A DNA stretch of 64,000 nucleotides from Stylophora pistillata (Eukaryota), in assembly GCF_002571385.2 (NCBI RefSeq), contig NW_019217846.1, positions 839,331-903,330 on the forward strand, given 5' to 3'. The notes beneath the pieces are model-generated. The model ran no database searches and had not been told where the DNA came from. It saw only the letters and a program-made list of their open reading frames with translations. Of this stretch, positions 58,440-64,000 are shown one piece after another; positions within the stretch are counted from its first letter, which is position 1, and each line of letters opens with the position of its first letter. Made by a program: the position numbers and the translations under genes.

Positions 58440-59914
58440 ACAAAATACGGCAAATGCAGCACAACTCGTAAAAATACTCACCGCTACTACATGACAAAAT
58501 ATCTAATAAGACCTATCTATATGAATAATTTAACTCCAAAACTTTGCAAGCGCAATTTTAACAGTATTCTTTTTCTCAATAACACAAACTGCCCTAAATG
58601 GTTTCTCCAGATGAAACAGGAAATGTTCGAGGCTGAACCCACACTATATGACCCCTTGTTGGATAAGAACGAGTTTATTTAACATCTTGAATTTTTCACG
58701 TTCTCTTAGGTAGCATAGTCAAGCTAGTTATCTTATAAACTGAAGACTTGGTCGAAATTGCTTTTTTAGCTGAACTCGAAAAACCGACTCGTTACACAAC
58801 TTGAGAGTCGTCCAGCACAGACTTTTGTGCTTCTGAATTAAAAAATTACCAGAAACGAGACATTTTTGTGAAACATTAATTTGAGAGGAAGATAGTGCTG
58901 GGAATTTTAACGTGGTCGAGGCTCATCTTTTTTTCCCAAAAAGATGCGTTTTCAAACAGAAAGAGATACTGGTTGACGGGCAATAGCTATTCTAAAACAG
59001 TTGGAGTGGACTTACACTTCTTTGGAAAAATGGATATACATAGGGATGCAGTGTCAATGCGAAGATGATGGGATCTCATTGGTATTCCGTGTAGGCCTAC
59101 TCTGGGGCATTAATTCACCGTAACTTTGAGCGACTTTAGGCGATTTAAGCTGACTTAAAGTGACTTTATTTGACTGAAGTGATAAAATCAAAGTTAGCAA
59201 CAATATTTCCATACAATTTAAAACATTTACAGAATCCCTTGCAATAAACACAATATGATTAGAGTGGGGTGAATGGGGTCAATTGGAAAGGGGGGAACCC
59301 TTGTAGCATTTTGTAACCAGTAGCTACTTAAGATGACTTTAGGCAACTTTACGAAACTTCAGGCGACTCAAGGCAACTTAAGGTCCCAGAGTAGGCCTCC
59401 GTGGGATAAATTAGAAGTTGCAAAACGATAATTTCGCCGAAATTTTTCAAATTCTGCCGAATTAGCTTCACTCATACCTAATGGCTGCCTCGCCATTCTC
59501 TTCAGTCAGTTCCCTGGTTTCTATAATCAACAAGAAGAAAACTTCAACAAGACGCTTTTCCCAAGAAAACTTTTTCCCGTGGCATTCCTCGTGTTAACTA
59601 TATTGGGACTATAATTACCACACTGAAGATAACGCGTTTCATGCGATACATTTTTGCTTTGAAAGGTTTAACAGATTACAGCGTTTTTGCTCAGCCATTC
59701 GTTAAAGGTTGCGCTTTTCCTTGGGATGAGAAACCTTTTAACGCGTATCATAGTGACGTATCTTCCTTTTTTTGGAGCTTGAGCGAGCAACTGATAGGAA
59801 TGAGTTGAATCCTGATCCAGTCACTAGTGTCTGTTGTTTCATGAAGTTTACTGTTCGTGAATGTTCCTCTCTAAACTCTTTAGGCAGCTAACGTTGTGAA
59901 TGCACTAGTCGTGT

Positions 59915-60530
59915 GTTAAAATGGTCCAACAAGAGGAAATGATTCACTTAGGTAACATAAAAAATTTAGCTGAAGTAGTTAAAATTGATGAAAATGGTCA
60001 CAGGCTAAAATGATTCAAGTTGAAAAATACAAACTAGCTGAATTGGTTAATTTTGTTGATATAGGCAAACTTGCAAGAATGGTTCAGATGAACAAAACGC
60101 GCAAACTGGCTAAACTAGTTTTACTGGTTTCATTGGTCAAACCAGGTGAAATAGTTGAACCTGGCACAACGCAAAACCTTTCTTCATTGGCTCAACTTAT
60201 AAAAATGTTCAAACTAGCCGAAATGGTTCAACTGGTTAAAATCATAAAACTAGCTAAATTGGTTCAACTAAACAAAACGTACAAACTAGCTGAATAGGCT
60301 TAACTGGCCTACAGGGGTCAAAGTAGCTGAAGATCTTGAACTAAAAAATAAAACAAACTAACTTAATTGGTTCAACTGGACAAAACAAAATTGGTTCAAC
60401 TGGTTAAAATTGCAAAACCAGGTGAAATGTTGGTTCAACTAAACAAAAGGCACAAACTAGCAGAAAACCGGTATGATGAACTTGCAATAAAAAAAACGCA
60501 AAAGTAGCTTACTTGGTTCAACTGGACAAA
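59915..60530 (+). repeat. Degenerate 9/36-bp periodic repeat
   Basis: Recurring AAACTAGCT / AAATTGGTT / CAACTGGTT 9-mers. Confidence 0.7.
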
Positions 60531-62249
60531 ACAACAACAACAAAATACAATAACACATTACAATAAAAAATGACACCAAACAGCTTCTCCTGAAGTCACA
60601 ACTGGGTGCACGCTTCATTGAAAGCTACCATTTCGGATGATATTCCTGGTCGAAATGAGCACTGCAAATGCAAACGTTGAGGATAGGCGGGGTTTGCCAC
60701 ATACGCACATACGCACATGGCAGGAGTTGGAGAGAAGGCATTCCTTTTCTGTGGAAAATCATGTGGAAAATCTTTAGAAAATCATGTGGAACGCTCGACT
60801 CGTTCAATTTCCTCTGCAAAAAGCGAAACTGCAATTAATCACCGACACCAGAAATCACTACCAGGTATTCCTTGCGACTCCCCTAAGTTTGTTTTTCGAT
60901 ATGCCCGGCCAGCTTTCAATCACTTCTTGCGTTAAAATGAACTGGGATGTCCACGTGCTTTTCACTATCTCATCCCTCCCCCTCTCGCTATTTTTTGGGG
61001 CAATGTCTACGTATAAAATGATGTAATTTCCATGTCCAATCCGTATCTTCAAAAAAATGTGTTTTTCTTTATTTGTTTTAAACTATTTTAGTACAATTCG
61101 GTTTAATTTTTTCTCAATTAAAAATTATGGGGGACAAAAAGGTACCCTCGACCATCGAAATTGTACCCTACCCTCTTCCATCGACAAAAAGATAAACTCG
61201 CAATGTTGTGGTGATCTCAAGCCTTACAGTTTACAATGTTTGCGATTTCAAACCGACTGTGTTGGATAACATCCACCATTCCTTCTGTAACCCTTTTAAA
61301 AACTAGATTTGATAACCTGTGATCAATTGTCCAAAAAAGAAAAAGTAATATATCAGAGACAATTTCGTGGCCGTGTTCGCTTATACTTTCATCTCGACCT
61401 CTACCACACCCACTTTCAGCCAGTCAAAGACCAGCACATAGGTGACGATGAGTGAAACCAGTCCAAGCAAAACCGGATTCTTTTCTTACATCGCGTTGTG
61501 GGTGTCTTGATAGTATTTCTTTTCCTACTTTGTTTGCGGTGTTACGGTATTTAGAACCCCCCTCTGTGTGGGAAGCATTTTTACAACAGAGATGCGTTCA
61601 CAAATATGAAATAGACAAGGCGTCAAGACAAGATGATAATGGCGTGTGGTAGTTTTTTCAATGCATTTGACATCCAAAACGATCCTGCAGAGAATCATTA
61701 TTCTATTTCCTGTCAAAAATCACACAGCCGTACAGAACGGTGTTTTACCCCCGAGGAGCACCTCGTGGGGTTCTACTAACAATGCATCTTTTGGATGGAT
61801 TTTTAAAACGGTTTGTCACAGTGCTAACCGAACAGATGTTAGTGTGCTGCATTAAGTTCAGTCCATGTCATGGCCTCACCGGTGAAGTCTCTATCTGTTA
61901 AGAGGTCACTGCACGTAAAGAAGGGACAGAACGTGTACCGTTCTATTTCCAATTTTCACTTTTACATTGATTGCTTCGTGGAGTTTCCAGCGCAGCTCAA
62001 AAGGTACAATGGCATGTACAAAGGAAGGATGATGTGAGCATGTAAGTTGTTCCACTTTCTATTCCAAATTTTTATTTAAGTTTAATGATGACTTTATTCA
62101 AGATAAATTGATCTAGAAAGGTGTGTTTTTAATGCCCAATTGCTTCGCCGACACTTCTTGAGAATGACGATAACAGAACTAGAAATTTCCTGTTCCATTC
62201 AACGGCCCAGCATGTTACATTTTATTTGTCCTTGTCACGCGTCAGTGAA

Positions 62250-62740
62250 CAACTGAGCGAGAGCCACTCGCACAGACAACAGACTATTTCTCTTGTAAAA
62301 AGTCCCCTCTTTCCTCCTGACTGAGACAAAAAATTTGGACAAATATTTATTCAGCTCGTTGACCTCCATTGCCTCAAAGTCAGTGGTAAATTCGGTTTGT
62401 TCTTGAAACCATTCTGTTAAGTAAACAAAGTGTTGCGAACATTTAATGTAGTTGTTTTGATTTCTTCATGCATGTCGATATAAGACATTGCCTAATGCGA
62501 CCCTAACTTTTCCAGTTCGCAAAAACGTTGAAAACCGGCCTAAACATCAAAGACGCTGTAGTACTTGGGTGGGGCAGGCAGATTTTGGAAAACTTGGGCT
62601 AAACAATAGCTATCACAGCGGTAACTGTCATCGCTTGTCAGTAAACAGCAAACGACTCGACTGGTCGCGGAACTGACCAGGTATATGGCGCTCTAAGTAA
62701 TCTTCGCTGACGTCGATTTCTCGCCTCATCATAGCGGCAG
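62250..62740 (-). pseudogene. Crypton-like tyrosine recombinase relic
   Basis: Exon from ~62413 reads EWFQEQ...ELNKYLSKFFVSVRRKEGTFYKRNSLLSVRVAL, matching the Crypton/DUF3504-associated N-terminal pattern. The remainder is degraded. Confidence 0.55.
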
Positions 62741-64000
62741 TCAAAACAGTTAAACAGGCGTTAACCCATCTTTCATAGATCATACGAAAGACAAAAAGGT
62801 GCTTGTGATTTAACTGAATAAGAAGAATAAGCATCACCACGATCGTTATTAACAATGCTTCAACAGGATGCATTTTCTTAACATTTGTGTTCCTTTTTCA
62901 GCGAACTGCTCTCTCCCCATAACTCGTCGACAAACGTGTGTCTGGTTCATCAGTGTCATCACTGACATTTTTTTCACCTAGTGCGACCCTGATAGGTAAA
63001 ACCAAAAGTTTGCTTTCTGGTTGCGGTTTCAAATTTTGTGTTTTTTTTGCCGGCAAAGTTGTAAACTTTGCCGGCAAAAGGGCAACCCATACCAAAGTGT
63101 TAAATATTTTCTTTAAATGCAAAACTACTATGATGATTAATATTTTTGTCCTTTTACAAAGTAATGTAATAATCAATGTAGTATATGTAATATTAATTTT
63201 ATATCGCCTTCATGTAGGCCCTGTTTTGTCACGTGCACGGAGATGGCATTTGCCAAAACGTTTAAGAGCGCCATCAACCGGACGTTTGCTTCTGTTGGTG
63301 GTGTCCTTTGGGAAAGTATCTGCGACTCCCAGTTGTGCCAGTTTCTCATGCGGGCAACCGAAAACTATTTCGAGCAGCCCCGTGAAGAGCAAAACTGAAA
63401 GCAGGCTGCCCTCATTTTGGGTAAACAGCCTAATGAAAGCATCTATGTTTTTGGTGATGTTCAGGTAAAGTTTCGGATAGAAAAGGTTATATATGAACTT
63501 CATATATTTCACTGTATCTGAGAAAAGGTTTTGCTGTTATGATAAGTAACAAGGTTCTTAAAGACTTAGGCGTTGCTATAAAAGATCACTTGAATCGCTG
63601 TCACTTTTTTTTCCTTGATAAAGAGCCTTTGAAAACGTTGAACTTGTACAATTAAGGCTATGTTCTCACTGGCACGACTTAATGAATGGTTTCAGAAATC
63701 AAAGTCAGAAAAATAGAACCGTTTATATTAGGAAAGTATGCCAGCTGGTTTAAAATTGTTGTTTCTTTCAGTGCTTGTAACATTACTTTTTTTATTTAGT
63801 TGGACAGCCAAGGGACGTAAATCACAGAGGAGAGGAGTTACATTTGGATGGTGCCTCATCTTGTTGGGCTTCCAACTTCTACCGGGGATTTACTCCTTCG
63901 TGAATACCTGAAGTCGACGCTGCCAGTACCCGAAATCGAACTCCCTTTCCAAACATTCAACTGGTTGACATTTATGAGAGCTGCAAAAAGGTTCACGAAG

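Noticed and set aside
60010-60297. Leucine-rich repeat-like protein
   Set aside because: It is the translation of a 9/36-bp periodic repeat, with no gene structure.
60625-60834. THAP domain suggested by ICSAHF
   Set aside because: The motif is isolated; the N-terminal C-x-C and the FP/W elements were not found.
62898-64000. Possible host exons at the window end
   Set aside because: No recognisable motifs or consistent splice structure could be supported.

Overview
AT-rich, intron-containing animal DNA with assembly gaps. The repeat content resembles a cnidarian (stony coral); that assignment is inference only. The first ~25 kb hold a cluster of divergent two-exon, GPI-anchored three-finger (Ly6/uPAR-like) genes, a GPCR fragment and MITEs. 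From ~26 to 34 kb lies a multi-exon SENP6/7-like (Ulp1, C48) protease pseudogene, hit by a pogo transposon and with a dead duplicate of its 3' end. The centrepiece is a complete 19,127-bp Maverick/Polinton (adintovirus-like endogenous virus) at 34090-53216, with 365-bp near-identical TIRs (AGTAGT...ACTACT) and a TTTGTG 6-bp target-site duplication. It encodes pPolB, a PLA2-integrase-chromodomain fusion, an A32/FtsK ATPase, two tandem SSB-like genes, a membrane-hairpin protein, a collagen fibre, an adenain protease, core precursors, a major capsid and a penton. The most notable observation is that the adenain and the PLA2-integrase ORFs both lack a proper N-terminal ATG and overlap the upstream ORF in the -1 frame across canonical slippery heptamers. 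This suggests a Gag-Pro/Gag-Pol-like polyprotein strategy, or alternatively post-insertion lesions. To the right are a broken SAP-SWIM transposon gene, a 5'-truncated L2/Crack-type LINE, two tandem-repeat arrays and a Crypton relic.
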